A stretch of 64,000 bases of DNA. Source: Candidatus Latescibacterota bacterium (GTDB lineage: Bacteria > Latescibacterota > UBA2968 > UBA8231). The translations under genes and the position numbers were made by a program. Positions 22,765-32,894 of the stretch are shown here, piece after piece; the stretch's first letter is position 1, and the number at the start of each line of letters is the position of its first letter. The stretch lies in assembly GCA_965217585.1 (NCBI GenBank), contig OZ244561.1, forward strand, positions 5,408,001-5,472,000. The letters are read 5' to 3'. The notes beneath the pieces were generated by a model. It did not search any database, was not told where the DNA came from, and saw only the letters and a list, made by a program, of their open reading frames with translations.

Positions 22765-23046
22765 ATGCCCACATACGAATACGAATGCCAGCAGTGCGGC
22801 TACCGATTTGAAGAGTTTCAGAGCATCACCGCCGAGCCGCGTCAAACCTGCCCGGAAGCAGAATGTCAAGGCCCGGTCAAGCGGCTCATCGGCATGGGCG
22901 GCGGTCTGCTCTTCAAGGGGACGGGCTTTTACACAACCGACTATCGCAGCGATGGATATCAGAAGGCGGCTAAGGCCGACAAAGACAGCGGCAAGACGGG
23001 CGACAAAAAGGGCGGCGGCAAAGCGGATGCCGCCAAAGCCGATTGA
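22765..23046 (+). CDS. FmdB-family zinc-ribbon protein
   Basis: MPTYEYECQQCG..FE, CPEAEC, FKGTGFYTTDY. Confidence 0.9.
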   Translation: MPTYEYECQQCGYRFEEFQSITAEPRQTCPEAECQGPVKRLIGMGGGLLFKGTGFYTTDYRSDGYQKAAKADKDSGKTGDKKGGGKADAAKAD

Positions 23047-23080
23047 GGAACTTTCCCACGCGATGCGCGGTTAAACATAA

Positions 23081-23572
23081 ATGGTATCGAGGATACTACT
23101 GGGAATTTTTGTCGCCGGGTCTTGGTGGGGAGGTTGCGTCCAGCAAGGCGCTGAGGAGTTGTTCGCGGCCGGTGAAGCCGCTGCGGCCGACCCCGCCACG
23201 GCCGACCAAGCGGTCGCGCATTTTACGGCTTTTCTCGAGCGCTTTGACGAATCTCCCAAAGCCCCGGAGGCGCTGAGAAAACTCGCCGGCTTGGCCCAGC
23301 AGCAAGGGAAAATGCAGGAAACCATCGGTTATTACGAGCGCGTGTTGGCCGAGTATCCCGATAGCGGGCACGGCGACGAAGCCCAATTTATGATCGCCTT
23401 TATATACGAGGAGTACATCCGCGACCTAGAAAAGGCGCGGCGAGCCTATCAGCGCGTAATCGAGCGCTACCCTGATTCCGAGCTCGCGGCTAGCGCCCGG
23501 CACCTGTTGCCCAACGTCGGACGCACTCCCCAAGAATGGGTCCAATTTCAGGACGAGGTCGCCGCTCCTTAA
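23081..23572 (+). CDS. TPR lipoprotein (BamD/YbgF-like repeats)
   Basis: Signal peptide ending GGC; repeated YERVLAEYPDS / YQRVIERYPDS. Confidence 0.75.
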   Translation: MVSRILLGIFVAGSWWGGCVQQGAEELFAAGEAAAADPATADQAVAHFTAFLERFDESPKAPEALRKLAGLAQQQGKMQETIGYYERVLAEYPDSGHGDEAQFMIAFIYEEYIRDLEKARRAYQRVIERYPDSELAASARHLLPNVGRTPQEWVQFQDEVAAP

Positions 23573-23613
23573 CACATTAGAAGTCGCCATAGAGGTTTGA
23601 GGCAGATAGGCCC

Positions 23614-23647
23614 AGCCGCTTGCGAATCCGCAGGGCGGTTTTTTATT
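23614..23647 (+). terminator. Intrinsic terminator-like hairpin between the TPR gene and moxR
   Basis: AGCCGCTTGCG-AATC-CGCAGGGCGGTT followed by TTTTATT. Confidence 0.6.
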
Positions 23648-23681
23648 GGCTGAGGCCCAGAGCATGTCGAGAGTACATCCG

Positions 23682-24680
23682 ATGACGCAAACAACAATAG
23701 ACATCCACGCCATTAGCGAGCAGGTCCAGCGCGAGAGTTTGGTGGTGGAGCGCATTTTGCAGGAGATGGACCGGGTCATCGTCGGCCAACGCGCCATGGT
23801 GGAGCGGATCCTGATGGGTTTGTTGTGCAACGGCCACATCCTCCTCGAAGGGGTGCCCGGACTAGCCAAGACCCTGACGGTGGCGACGCTGGCGAGGATT
23901 GTGGCCGCTCGTTTCAAGCGGATCCAGTTTACCCCCGATCTTTTGCCCGCCGATCTGACCGGTACCACCATCTACAACCAGCACCAAGGGGTGTTCATAC
24001 CCAAGAAAGGCCCGATTTTCGCCCATTTGATTTTGGCCGACGAGATCAACCGGGCACCGGCCAAAGTGCAGAGCGCACTCTTGGAGTGCATGCAGGAGCG
24101 GCAGGTTACTATCGGTGAGGAAACCTATGCACTCGACGACCCGTTTTTGGTCATGGCCACTCAGAATCCGATTGATCAAGAGGGAACCTATCCGCTGCCC
24201 GAGGCCCAGGTCGATCGCTTCATGCTCAAAGTGAGAGTCGATTACCCGTCGCGCGCCGAGGAGCGGCTGATCTTGGACCGCATGGCCAACGACAATCCGA
24301 TAGAGGTGGAGCAAACAGTGAGCATCGAAGAAATACGCCGCCTGCGCGAGGTGGTGGAGATCGTCTATATCGACGACAAGATCAAGGATTACGTCGTCGA
24401 TCTCGTCCAGGCCACCCGGCGACCAGCCGACTACGGACTAGCCGACATGGCACCGCTGATCGAGTACGGAGCCTCGCCGCGGGCCACTATTTTCCTCGTC
24501 CGCACGGCGCGTGCCCACGCCTTCATCCAGCGGCGCGGCTACGTCACCCCGGAAGATGTCAAGGCCGTGGGGGTCGATGTGCTCAGGCACCGAATCATCG
24601 CCTCGTACGAGGCCGAGGCCGAGGAAATCGACAGCGACCACATCGTGCAGCAGCTCTTCGACCACATCGAAGTTCCCTAA
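23682..24680 (+). CDS. moxR: MoxR-family AAA+ ATPase
   Basis: LLEGVPGLAKT, RIQFTPDLLPAD, LADEINRAPAKVQSALLE, ATQNPI.QEGTYPLPEAQ.DRF; start approximate. Confidence 0.93.
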   Translation: MTQTTIDIHAISEQVQRESLVVERILQEMDRVIVGQRAMVERILMGLLCNGHILLEGVPGLAKTLTVATLARIVAARFKRIQFTPDLLPADLTGTTIYNQHQGVFIPKKGPIFAHLILADEINRAPAKVQSALLECMQERQVTIGEETYALDDPFLVMATQNPIDQEGTYPLPEAQVDRFMLKVRVDYPSRAEERLILDRMANDNPIEVEQTVSIEEIRRLREVVEIVYIDDKIKDYVVDLVQATRRPADYGLADMAPLIEYGASPRATIFLVRTARAHAFIQRRGYVTPEDVKAVGVDVLRHRIIASYEAEAEEIDSDHIVQQLFDHIEVP

Positions 24681-24694
24681 AGCCAAGGCGAGCC

Positions 24695-25570
24695 GTGATT
24701 CCCAAAGAGATACTCGACAAAGTTCGCCTGATCGAGATCCACACCCGCAGCATGGTGAATAATCTCTTCGCCGGCGAATACCACTCGGCGTTCAAAGGGC
24801 GGGGGATGGAGTTTGCCGAGGCGCGTGAATATCAGCCCGGCGACGACGTGCGCCACATCGACTGGAACGTGACGGCGCGGGTGGGCGCGCCCTTCATCAA
24901 AATATTCGACGAGGAGCGCGAGCTGACCGCCGTGCTGGTGGTAGATGCTAGCGCGTCCGGGGCCTTTGGCTCACAGCAGCAGATGAAGGGGGAAATTGGG
25001 GTCGAGGTCTCGGCGCTGTTGGCCTTTAGCGCGATCAAGAACAACGACCGCGTGGGCCTGCTCATCTTCACCGACGAGGTCGAAGTTTTCGTGCCGCCGA
25101 AAAAGGGACGCAAGCACGTGCTACGCGTCCTGCGCGAGTTGCTGTACTTTCAGCCGCAGGGGCGCCAGACCTCCATCGCCGGGGCCTTGGAATACCTCAG
25201 CCGCGTCCTGCACCGCCGCAGCGTGATCTTTGTCATCTCCGACTTTCTAGACCAAGGCTACGAGCCAGCGCTGCGGCACTTGAGCCAGCGCCACGACTTG
25301 ATCGCCGTGGTGGTGAGCGACCCGCGCGAGTGGGAGCTACCCGATGTTGGTTTTATCAACCTGCAAGATGCCGAGACCGGCCAACAGGTGCTCGTCGATA
25401 GCGGCCACGAGGGCATGCGCGCGTTTTTCGCCGCCGAACAGCGGACCGCGGCCGAGCGCCGCAGCACCCTATTGCACAAAGCGGGCGTCGACGAAATCGC
25501 GATTGACCTGTCGCGCCCTTATGTCGAACCCCTCATTCACTTTTTTCGCGCGCGGATGCAGCGACACTAA
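24695..25570 (+). CDS. DUF58 (vWA-like) MoxR partner
   Basis: FKGRGMEFAE.REYQPGDDVRHIDWNVTAR, EEREL, ISDF. Confidence 0.92.
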   Translation: MIPKEILDKVRLIEIHTRSMVNNLFAGEYHSAFKGRGMEFAEAREYQPGDDVRHIDWNVTARVGAPFIKIFDEERELTAVLVVDASASGAFGSQQQMKGEIGVEVSALLAFSAIKNNDRVGLLIFTDEVEVFVPPKKGRKHVLRVLRELLYFQPQGRQTSIAGALEYLSRVLHRRSVIFVISDFLDQGYEPALRHLSQRHDLIAVVVSDPREWELPDVGFINLQDAETGQQVLVDSGHEGMRAFFAAEQRTAAERRSTLLHKAGVDEIAIDLSRPYVEPLIHFFRARMQRH

Positions 25571-25582
25571 GGAGGAAGTACC

Positions 25583-26515
25583 GTGATTGAAGTACGCGAA
25601 CTGTCCAAATACTACGGAGATGTGGTCGCCGTGGAGAATGTGTCCTTCAGCGTTGAGAAGGGCGTCATCCTCGGGTTCCTCGGGCCGAATGGCGCGGGCA
25701 AGACCACGACGATGCGCATGCTTACCTGTTATCTGCCGCCTTCGCAGGGCGGAGCCAAAGTCGCTGGTTTCGATATTATCGAGGAGTCCATGGAGGTGCG
25801 CAAGCGCATTGGCTACCTACCCGAGCAGCCGCCGCTCTACCACGATATGACGATAAACGCCTATCTGCGCTTCGTGGCCAAAATCAAGGGCGTGCCCAGC
25901 GCTGCGCTCAACAGCCGGATCGACGACACCATGGAAAAAACCGGCATCGCCGACCACCGCCACACGGTGATCGGCCACCTGTCCAAGGGCTACCGGCAGC
26001 GCGTCGGTTTGGCCCAGGCGCTCGTCCACGAGCCGGAGGTACTCATCCTCGACGAGCCGACGGTGGGCCTCGACCCCAAGCAGATCATCGAGATCCGCGA
26101 GGTCATCAAGGGCTTGGGGGGCGACCACACGGTCATTCTCAGCACCCACATCCTGCCAGAGGTCAGCATGACCTGCGGGCAACTGGCGATCATCCACAAC
26201 GGCCGCATCGCCGGCCAGGGCACGCCCGAAAGCCTCATGGCCCAGCTCAAGGAGGGCGAGGTGCTGCGCGCCCACATAGACGGCCCCAGCGAGCAGGTGC
26301 TGGGCATGATCGGCCAGCTAGAGGGCGTGCTGGAGGTAGAAGTCAGTGGCGAGGAGGGCGCGTACGTGGTGACGAGCGCCCCCGGAGCCGACGTGCGCGA
26401 CGACTTGACCCGCAAGGTCGTGGAAAGCGGCTTCAGCCTCCGCGAATTGCGGCCGCTCGACATGACCCTCGAAGACATTTTCCTGAGCTTGACTAGTGAG
26501 GAGGTAGCAGCTTAA
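25583..26515 (+). CDS. ABC transporter ATPase, GldA-like
   Basis: GPNGAGKTT, LSKGYRQRVGLAQAL, ILDEPT.GLDP. Confidence 0.9.
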   Translation: MIEVRELSKYYGDVVAVENVSFSVEKGVILGFLGPNGAGKTTTMRMLTCYLPPSQGGAKVAGFDIIEESMEVRKRIGYLPEQPPLYHDMTINAYLRFVAKIKGVPSAALNSRIDDTMEKTGIADHRHTVIGHLSKGYRQRVGLAQALVHEPEVLILDEPTVGLDPKQIIEIREVIKGLGGDHTVILSTHILPEVSMTCGQLAIIHNGRIAGQGTPESLMAQLKEGEVLRAHIDGPSEQVLGMIGQLEGVLEVEVSGEEGAYVVTSAPGADVRDDLTRKVVESGFSLRELRPLDMTLEDIFLSLTSEEVAA

Positions 26516-26516
26516 A

Positions 26517-27299
26517 ATGCGCAATTTTGCCGCCGTGTACACCAAGGAGATGCGCTCCTATTTTGTTTCGCCGGTCGCCTATGTGATCGCCGGCGTGTTC
26601 CTGTTTCTCTCGGGCTATCTGTTTCGCAATATCCTGATGCAGTTCAACCTCTGGTGCTTGCAGTTTGGCCAGCGGGCGCAGATGGGCATGGGGGGGATGC
26701 CAGCGCTCAATCTCAACGAGATGGTCGTCACCCAATTCTTCGCGGTCATGGACTTCATCTGGCTCTTGGTCATCCCGATGCTGACCATGCGGCTCTTTGC
26801 CGAGGAGAAGAAATCCGGCACCATCGAATTGCTGATGACCTCGCCGCTGCGCACCATCGAGGTGATGCTGGGCAAGTTCTTGGCCTGCTTTTCGCTCTAC
26901 GGCATCATCGTCAGCCTGACGCTGATCTACTTTGTTATCCTCGAAGTGTACGGCTCGCCCGACTGGGGGCCGATTTTTTCTGGCTATCTCGGCTATTTGT
27001 TCCTCGGCGCGACCTTTATCTCTGTGGGCATCCTAGCCTCGGCGCTGACTGAAAATCAGATCGTCGCCGTGCTGTTGACCTTTGGCATGTTGCTCCTTTT
27101 TTGGCTCATCGATTGGTCGGCTAGCTTTGCCGGCCCGACGGCCGCCAAAATCTTGCAGTACCTCTCCTTTATAGATCACCTCGAAGATTTCCAGCGCGGA
27201 GTCATCGACACCAAGGACGTGGTGTTCTACCTGAGCTTTACCTTTTTCTGCTTGTTTTTGACCACGCGCGTCATTGAATCGCGGAGATGGAGGCGCTGA
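26517..27299 (+). CDS. ABC-2 permease, GldF-like
   Basis: KEMRSYFVSP.AY, P.LTMRLFAEEKKSGTIELL.T.P, TENQIVA; 6 TM. Confidence 0.88.
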   Translation: MRNFAAVYTKEMRSYFVSPVAYVIAGVFLFLSGYLFRNILMQFNLWCLQFGQRAQMGMGGMPALNLNEMVVTQFFAVMDFIWLLVIPMLTMRLFAEEKKSGTIELLMTSPLRTIEVMLGKFLACFSLYGIIVSLTLIYFVILEVYGSPDWGPIFSGYLGYLFLGATFISVGILASALTENQIVAVLLTFGMLLLFWLIDWSASFAGPTAAKILQYLSFIDHLEDFQRGVIDTKDVVFYLSFTFFCLFLTTRVIESRRWRR

Positions 27300-27301
27300 G
27301 C

Positions 27302-30300
27302 ATGAAGGCATATACCACGCCCTTGGGGCTGGTCGGCGCGGCGCTGATGGTCGCGGGTGGCTCGGCCTATCTGCTCAATGCCGAAAGCGGCTCAATCGGG
27401 CTTTTCAACTTGGCACTCGGTGCCCTGATGGTGGCCGCGGCCGGGCTGCTTAACCCAACGCTCTTCCGCCAGTACGGCCGTTGGCTCAACGCCTTTTGGG
27501 GCGGCATCATGGTCTTCGGTATTGTGGCCATGATCAATTTTTTGGGCAATCGCTATCCCGAGCGCTTCGACCTGACCGAAGGCCAGCTACACAGCCTCGC
27601 CGACCTGACAGTGGAGACGCTCAAGGCGCTGGACAGGGATGTCCACGCCCTCGCCTTTATGGAGGGGGGGGAGAACGCCGGACTCGAACTGCTGCTGGCC
27701 GAGTTAGAAACGTACAGCACCCGCTTTAGCTACGAGTTCATCGACCCGGACCGCGACCCGAGTCGCACCGAGGACTACGGCATCCGCCGCTACGACACGC
27801 TGGTGTTGGAAAGCGGCGACAAACAACAGCAAATCACCGAACTCGCAGAGCGCGAGATCGTCAACTCGCTACTCAAGCTGACGCGAGAGCGCCAAGACCG
27901 GATCTACTTAACGGTGGGGCACGGCGAGCGCCGGCTCGTCAACCAACCCGAGGGACTAGAACAGCTACAGGCCCAATTGGGGGAGATCGACTACGCGGTC
28001 GAGGATTCGCTGTTCCTCGCCCGCGAGGGAGCGGTGCCCGAAAATTGCGCCGTGCTGGTCATAGCCGGCCCGCGCACGCCTTTCTTCCCGGTGGAGGTAG
28101 AGGCCATACGCTCCTACCTAGCAGCAGGCGGTGCCCTGCTGTTGCTTTTGGACCCGCTCGCCGACAGCGGCTTAGAAGAGCTGTTGGGCGAGTGGGGCGT
28201 GGTGGTCGGCGACGACTTCGTCATCGACACCAGCGGCGTTGGCTCGCTCTTTGGCCTCGACTTTACCACGCCGGTTGCCCTCTCCTACGGCGACCATCCA
28301 GTCACGCGCAAGCACCAGGGCCTGATGACCTTCTTCCAACTCGGGCGCTCGGTGCGCTTTGACGAGCGCAGCGGTCGCGAGGGGGCCACCTTGGTCCAGA
28401 CGTCGGAGGCCGGTTGGGCCGAGACCGACTTGAGCGTGCTCACCAGCGAGGGCAATCAGACGGTCAAGCTCGACGAGGGCGTCGATCAGCCCGGGCCGGT
28501 GTCCTTGGCCGTCGCCGTCCTAGACACCGAGGCCGGGGGCCGCTTGGTGGTCTTTGGGGATTCGGACTTTGCCACCAACCAGTACTTCGGTGTCCAGGGC
28601 AACGGCGACTTGGCCCTCAACGCCCTGAGCTGGCTGGCCGAGGACGAAGCCCTGATCTCGATTCGCCCCCGTGAGCCAGGCCACAATCCCATCGCCCTGA
28701 CCGAGAGCGACAGCGAGTGGATTTTCTGGCTCAGCGTGGTGCTCTACCCAGGGCTGATCGCCTTGGTCGGCATTGTAGTCGTCTCGCGCAAGGGGCGCTG
28801 GAGCTTGGCCGACTTGAGCGCGGCCGGGTTGGGCATTGTGATTTCGCTCGGCATTGCCGCGCTGGTCAACTTCCTCGGCGACCGCTACCACCTCCGCAAG
28901 GACCTGACCGCCGACGCGCTCTTTACCCTCTCCGACGACACCCACCGACTCCTCGCACCGCTCGAAGACAACGGCCAGTACGTCAGCGTCAAGACCTTCA
29001 TGGGCGAGATGGAGAACGTGCGCTTTGAGGACCTCTTAAAAGAATACAGCTATCTATCGCCCAACTTCGACTACGAGCTGCTGGACCCGCAGAAGAACCG
29101 GCTGCGCGTTGAGCAGAACAACATCCGCGAGCGCGGGACCTCGATTATTGAAGTGATCGAGGAAGGGCAGGTGCGCAGCGAGCGCATTACCGCCCAAAGC
29201 GAAGAGGCGTTGAGCAATGCCATTCTCAAGGCGCTCAAAGGCCGCGAGCTAAGGGCCTACTTCACCAGCGGCCACGGCGAGGCCGAGCTGGACCAAGTGG
29301 ATGAGTTGGGCTATTCCACCCTCAAAGGCCGCCTCAAGGAGCTAAATTTCGCGGTCGAGGGAGGGCTGACGCTCGCCGAGCCGGTGCCCGACGACGCCAC
29401 GTTAGTGGTGGTTTTGGGACCAAAGGAGCGCTTTGCCGCGGCTGAGGTCGAAGTGCTGCGGCAATACTTGGCCGGCGGGGGCAGTGCGCTGTTCTTGCTG
29501 GATCCGGGCCAGCCGACCGGGCTCGAAGCGCTGCTGAACGAGTACTCGGTCGAGCTGGGGCAGGACTTTGTCGTTGATCTGAGCGGCTTGGGCCAGCTCT
29601 TTGGCGCGGATGTCTCGGTCCCGGTGGTCATCAACTACGGCGATCACCCGATCACCCAAAAGCTATCCGCCGGAACGATGAGCTTCTTCCCACTGGCCCG
29701 CTCGGTGCAGTTGACCGAACACCGGCTCAAGGAGCCGGACATCGCCGCGTTGGCGTACACCCACAAAAGCAGTTGGGGCGAAACCGACCTAGCGCCTATA
29801 GTGGGCGAGGGCGGCGAGGTGGAGTTCGACCCAGAAGTAGATATGCGTGGCCCAGTGCCACTGGGCGTGGCGGTTTCCGCAGCCGCTGATACTAGCTTAG
29901 CGCCCGAAGGACGGACGCGACTGGTGGTCATCGGCGACGCGGATTTTGCCTCCAACCAGTACTTTGCCCAACAGGCCAATGGCGAGCTATTCCTCGGCAG
30001 CGTCAGTTGGCTAACCGAGGATGAAGACCGCCTGACCATCGCCGACAAGCAACCCGCCTTTAACCCTATCAACCTGATCGGCAATCAGGGCGCGGTCATT
30101 CTCTGGATCTCGGTGTTCATCGTGCCCTTTGCGGTCGCTTTGTCGGGCATGGTCATGGTGCTCAGGCGCGGCTATCAGACCTATGTCGACGGCTTTGTCT
30201 CGTGGCTGGTGTACACCTTTTGGGGCAATGCGATGTTCTTCTTCATCAGCGGCATCATTGCCACTAGCGAGGGGGCGATCTTTGAGGGCGAGGTCAAGTT

Positions 30301-30553
30301 GATCGCGGCCTTGGCCTCGGCGGCTATTGGCTACGGTCTCTATCGGCACGCGGCGTGGGCTTGGCAGTCCGGCTTGGCGTTTTCGGCGTTGTGTGCCGGC
30401 GTGGTCGCGCTGACGATTTTTACCGGTGCCAGCCTTGGTTTCTCGCTGATTCCCAACGAGACGGTCCAACTGCTCTACGCCGCGGTCTTCGTGGTCAACG
30501 CGGCCATTCTCGTGTGGATTAAAAAGGTCTTTGTACAAGAGGAGCTAGTATGA
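27302..30553 (+). CDS. GldG-like ABC auxiliary protein with two tandem GldG modules
   Basis: Each motif occurs twice: DLT, GHGE, DFV.D.SG.G.LFG, YGDHP.T, RLVV.GD.DFA.NQYF; extra C-terminal TMs. Confidence 0.8.
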   Translation: MKAYTTPLGLVGAALMVAGGSAYLLNAESGSIGLFNLALGALMVAAAGLLNPTLFRQYGRWLNAFWGGIMVFGIVAMINFLGNRYPERFDLTEGQLHSLADLTVETLKALDRDVHALAFMEGGENAGLELLLAELETYSTRFSYEFIDPDRDPSRTEDYGIRRYDTLVLESGDKQQQITELAEREIVNSLLKLTRERQDRIYLTVGHGERRLVNQPEGLEQLQAQLGEIDYAVEDSLFLAREGAVPENCAVLVIAGPRTPFFPVEVEAIRSYLAAGGALLLLLDPLADSGLEELLGEWGVVVGDDFVIDTSGVGSLFGLDFTTPVALSYGDHPVTRKHQGLMTFFQLGRSVRFDERSGREGATLVQTSEAGWAETDLSVLTSEGNQTVKLDEGVDQPGPVSLAVAVLDTEAGGRLVVFGDSDFATNQYFGVQGNGDLALNALSWLAEDEALISIRPREPGHNPIALTESDSEWIFWLSVVLYPGLIALVGIVVVSRKGRWSLADLSAAGLGIVISLGIAALVNFLGDRYHLRKDLTADALFTLSDDTHRLLAPLEDNGQYVSVKTFMGEMENVRFEDLLKEYSYLSPNFDYELLDPQKNRLRVEQNNIRERGTSIIEVIEEGQVRSERITAQSEEALSNAILKALKGRELRAYFTSGHGEAELDQVDELGYSTLKGRLKELNFAVEGGLTLAEPVPDDATLVVVLGPKERFAAAEVEVLRQYLAGGGSALFLLDPGQPTGLEALLNEYSVELGQDFVVDLSGLGQLFGADVSVPVVINYGDHPITQKLSAGTMSFFPLARSVQLTEHRLKEPDIAALAYTHKSSWGETDLAPIVGEGGEVEFDPEVDMRGPVPLGVAVSAAADTSLAPEGRTRLVVIGDADFASNQYFAQQANGELFLGSVSWLTEDEDRLTIADKQPAFNPINLIGNQGAVILWISVFIVPFAVALSGMVMVLRRGYQTYVDGFVSWLVYTFWGNAMFFFISGIIATSEGAIFEGEVKLIAALASAAIGYGLYRHAAWAWQSGLAFSALCAGVVALTIFTGASLGFSLIPNETVQLLYAAVFVVNAAILVWIKKVFVQEELV

Positions 30554-31962
30554 AATTCAAGACCAATGCAGTGATCGGCGCAGTCTTCTTGGCACTGCTG
30601 GCCTTTGTCTATTTCTACGAGATCAAGGGCGGCGAGGAGCGCCGCGAAGAAGCAGAAAAATCCAAGCAGCTATTCGCCTTCCAAGACGGCGACGCACAGC
30701 GGCTTGAGCTGTTGCGCGGCAGCGATGCCTTGGTGTTGGACAAGGGGGCGAGCGGCTGGAACCTGAGCGCACCCATGACCGATGGCGCAGACCAAGAGGC
30801 CGTGGAGCGCTACTTGCGCAATCTGCGCGAGTGCGAACGGGAAAAGGTGGTCGTCGATAGCGCGGCGGCGAGCGCAGACGAAGCCGCCCAATACGGACTG
30901 GACGCGCCGAGGCTCAAAGTGCGGCTGCAAACCGAGGACGGCACCGAGCAGGTGGTGGCTTTCGGGTCGGACAGCCCCACCGACCGCTTCACCTACGTCC
31001 AACTACAAGGCGACAATCCCGAGATCTTTGTGGTGCGCGCTTGGCGCTTCGACAACCTCGACAAGCGCGCGTTTGACCTGCGCGACCGCCGGGTGTTGGC
31101 CTTTGCCAAAGACGAGGTCATGCAGGTGCAGCGGTGGGGCGCAGGCGGCGCGGCCTTGCTGGCGCGGGCCGAGCCTGGCTGGCAATTGCGCGAGCCGGTA
31201 GCTGCCCGGGCCGACGCCGACGCGGTGGGCGGCCTACTCGACAAACTCGACCAAGCCGAGATCGAGGCTTTTGTCGCCGAAGATCCAGATGCCGACGCCT
31301 TGGCCACCTATGGCTTGGGGAGTGCGCCGCAGGTGGAGATCGCCCTGCTCGTCGGCGAAGACCGGGCCGAGAAGCGCTTGGCCATTGGCGGCGCAGACGA
31401 ACAGGGCCGTTGGTACGCGCGCGACGCCAGCCGGCCGCAAGTGTTCTTGGTCGATTCGACGCTGGTGCAAGAGCTTGCCAAGGACATCGCCGACCTGCGC
31501 GACAAAAAGCCCTTGCGCTTTGAGCGCGAGCAGGTCGAGCGCATCGTCCTGACCCGAGGGGCCGCGCCTGAGTTTGCGGCCGACAAGGACACGAGCGGTG
31601 TGTGGCACCTGTCCGAGCCTGTGGGGCGCAACGCCAAATCGTGGAAGCTCAACAGCCTCCTGAGCGATTTGGAGCAACTCGAAGTCGAAGGTTTTGCCGA
31701 GGAGCTGCCTGCCGAGGCCGCTCACGCCTTCAGCATCCAGCTCCTCGGCGGAGAGCAAGCTCTGCTGACCGCTCGCTTCAGCCAAGCCGCTGGGCCCTCG
31801 TACCTGCAACAGGAAGGCGACGGCGCGGTGTACGTCGTTAGTGCCGACGACTTCGCCGAGTTGGACTTGGGCCTAGACGATGTGGCACAAGCCCCCAAAA
31901 AGCCGGCTGCACCCGCCGCCAGCAGCGAAGACCCCAACGACGGCGGCGCTGACAGTCCGTAA
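30550..31962 (+). CDS. DUF4340-domain protein
   Basis: N-terminal TM, repeated W.L..P...AD, YGL..P, DLRD.. units; usual position after GldG. Confidence 0.75.
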   Translation: MKFKTNAVIGAVFLALLAFVYFYEIKGGEERREEAEKSKQLFAFQDGDAQRLELLRGSDALVLDKGASGWNLSAPMTDGADQEAVERYLRNLRECEREKVVVDSAAASADEAAQYGLDAPRLKVRLQTEDGTEQVVAFGSDSPTDRFTYVQLQGDNPEIFVVRAWRFDNLDKRAFDLRDRRVLAFAKDEVMQVQRWGAGGAALLARAEPGWQLREPVAARADADAVGGLLDKLDQAEIEAFVAEDPDADALATYGLGSAPQVEIALLVGEDRAEKRLAIGGADEQGRWYARDASRPQVFLVDSTLVQELAKDIADLRDKKPLRFEREQVERIVLTRGAAPEFAADKDTSGVWHLSEPVGRNAKSWKLNSLLSDLEQLEVEGFAEELPAEAAHAFSIQLLGGEQALLTARFSQAAGPSYLQQEGDGAVYVVSADDFAELDLGLDDVAQAPKKPAAPAASSEDPNDGGADSP

Positions 31963-32894
31963 TGCGTATCGGCGGTCTGTTCGCCGCGCTAGTCGTCCTC
32001 GCCGGGGGGCTGCACGCCCAAGTCCCTCGGGCCGAGGCGGTCTTGGACACCGCGGCTGCTCGGGTCGGCGATCCCATCCGCCTGACGTTGACGCTCCACC
32101 ACGATGCCACCGCGCGTCCCGAGGCCCCGGACCTGTCCCAGATACTCCGGGATTTTGCTCCCCGTTGCGCCGGCTGGCACCAGCGCGAGACCGAGGCAGG
32201 CTTTGAACTATCGCAAGTATGCGAACTGCGTCTCTACGAGCTGGGGCGACACGAGGTGCCGGTCGTGCCCGTGCCCTTTGTCACCGTTGCGGGCGACACG
32301 CTCCTGCGCGCGACCCAACCCCTAGCCATAGAGGTCATCAGCGCCCGGAGCGAAGGGGAGGACCAACTGCGCGACATCAAACCGCCCGTGCTCGTCAGCG
32401 GGGGGGTGCCGTTGTGGGTGGTCGTAGTGATGGGACTGCTGGCGTTGGCGCTTTGCGCGCTCGGCGGCGTTTGGCTCTGGCGTCGTCGCACCCGCACCCC
32501 AGAGCCTCCGCCCCCGCCCGAGCCGATAGACTACGCGGCTGAATTCGCGCGCATTGCCGAGAGCGGCCTGTTGGAGCGCGGTGAGTTCAAAACATACTAC
32601 TCGCTGCTGGCGGAAAACCTGCGCCGCTTCTTGGAGCAGAGCTTGACCATTGAGGCGATGGAGCAGACCACGTCCGAGCTGGCGGACGCACTGCGGGAGG
32701 TCGAGGTCGATGCCGCGCTTAGGCAGCGGATACTCGACTATTTGGGCGAGGCCGACTTGGTGAAGTTCGCCCGCTTCCATCCGGCGCTGGACGCGGCCCG
32801 GTGCGCACCGGATGTCGGCCTCGCCCTATTGCGTGCTATTGAGGAGGCGGTCGCAGCCCGCGCTGCTGAGACTCATGCAGAACATCCGGTTTGA
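31962..32894 (+). CDS. Bat-operon associated membrane protein
   Basis: Signal peptide, Ig-like region, LRDIKPP, TM, EQTTSEL, ADLVKFA. Confidence 0.7.
   Translation: MRIGGLFAALVVLAGGLHAQVPRAEAVLDTAAARVGDPIRLTLTLHHDATARPEAPDLSQILRDFAPRCAGWHQRETEAGFELSQVCELRLYELGRHEVPVVPVPFVTVAGDTLLRATQPLAIEVISARSEGEDQLRDIKPPVLVSGGVPLWVVVVMGLLALALCALGGVWLWRRRTRTPEPPPPPEPIDYAAEFARIAESGLLERGEFKTYYSLLAENLRRFLEQSLTIEAMEQTTSELADALREVEVDAALRQRILDYLGEADLVKFARFHPALDAARCAPDVGLALLRAIEEAVAARAAETHAEHPV

Noticed and set aside
25583-31962. Gliding motility locus
   Set aside because: GldAFG-like ABC modules are widespread, and no gldK-N or spr genes are present here
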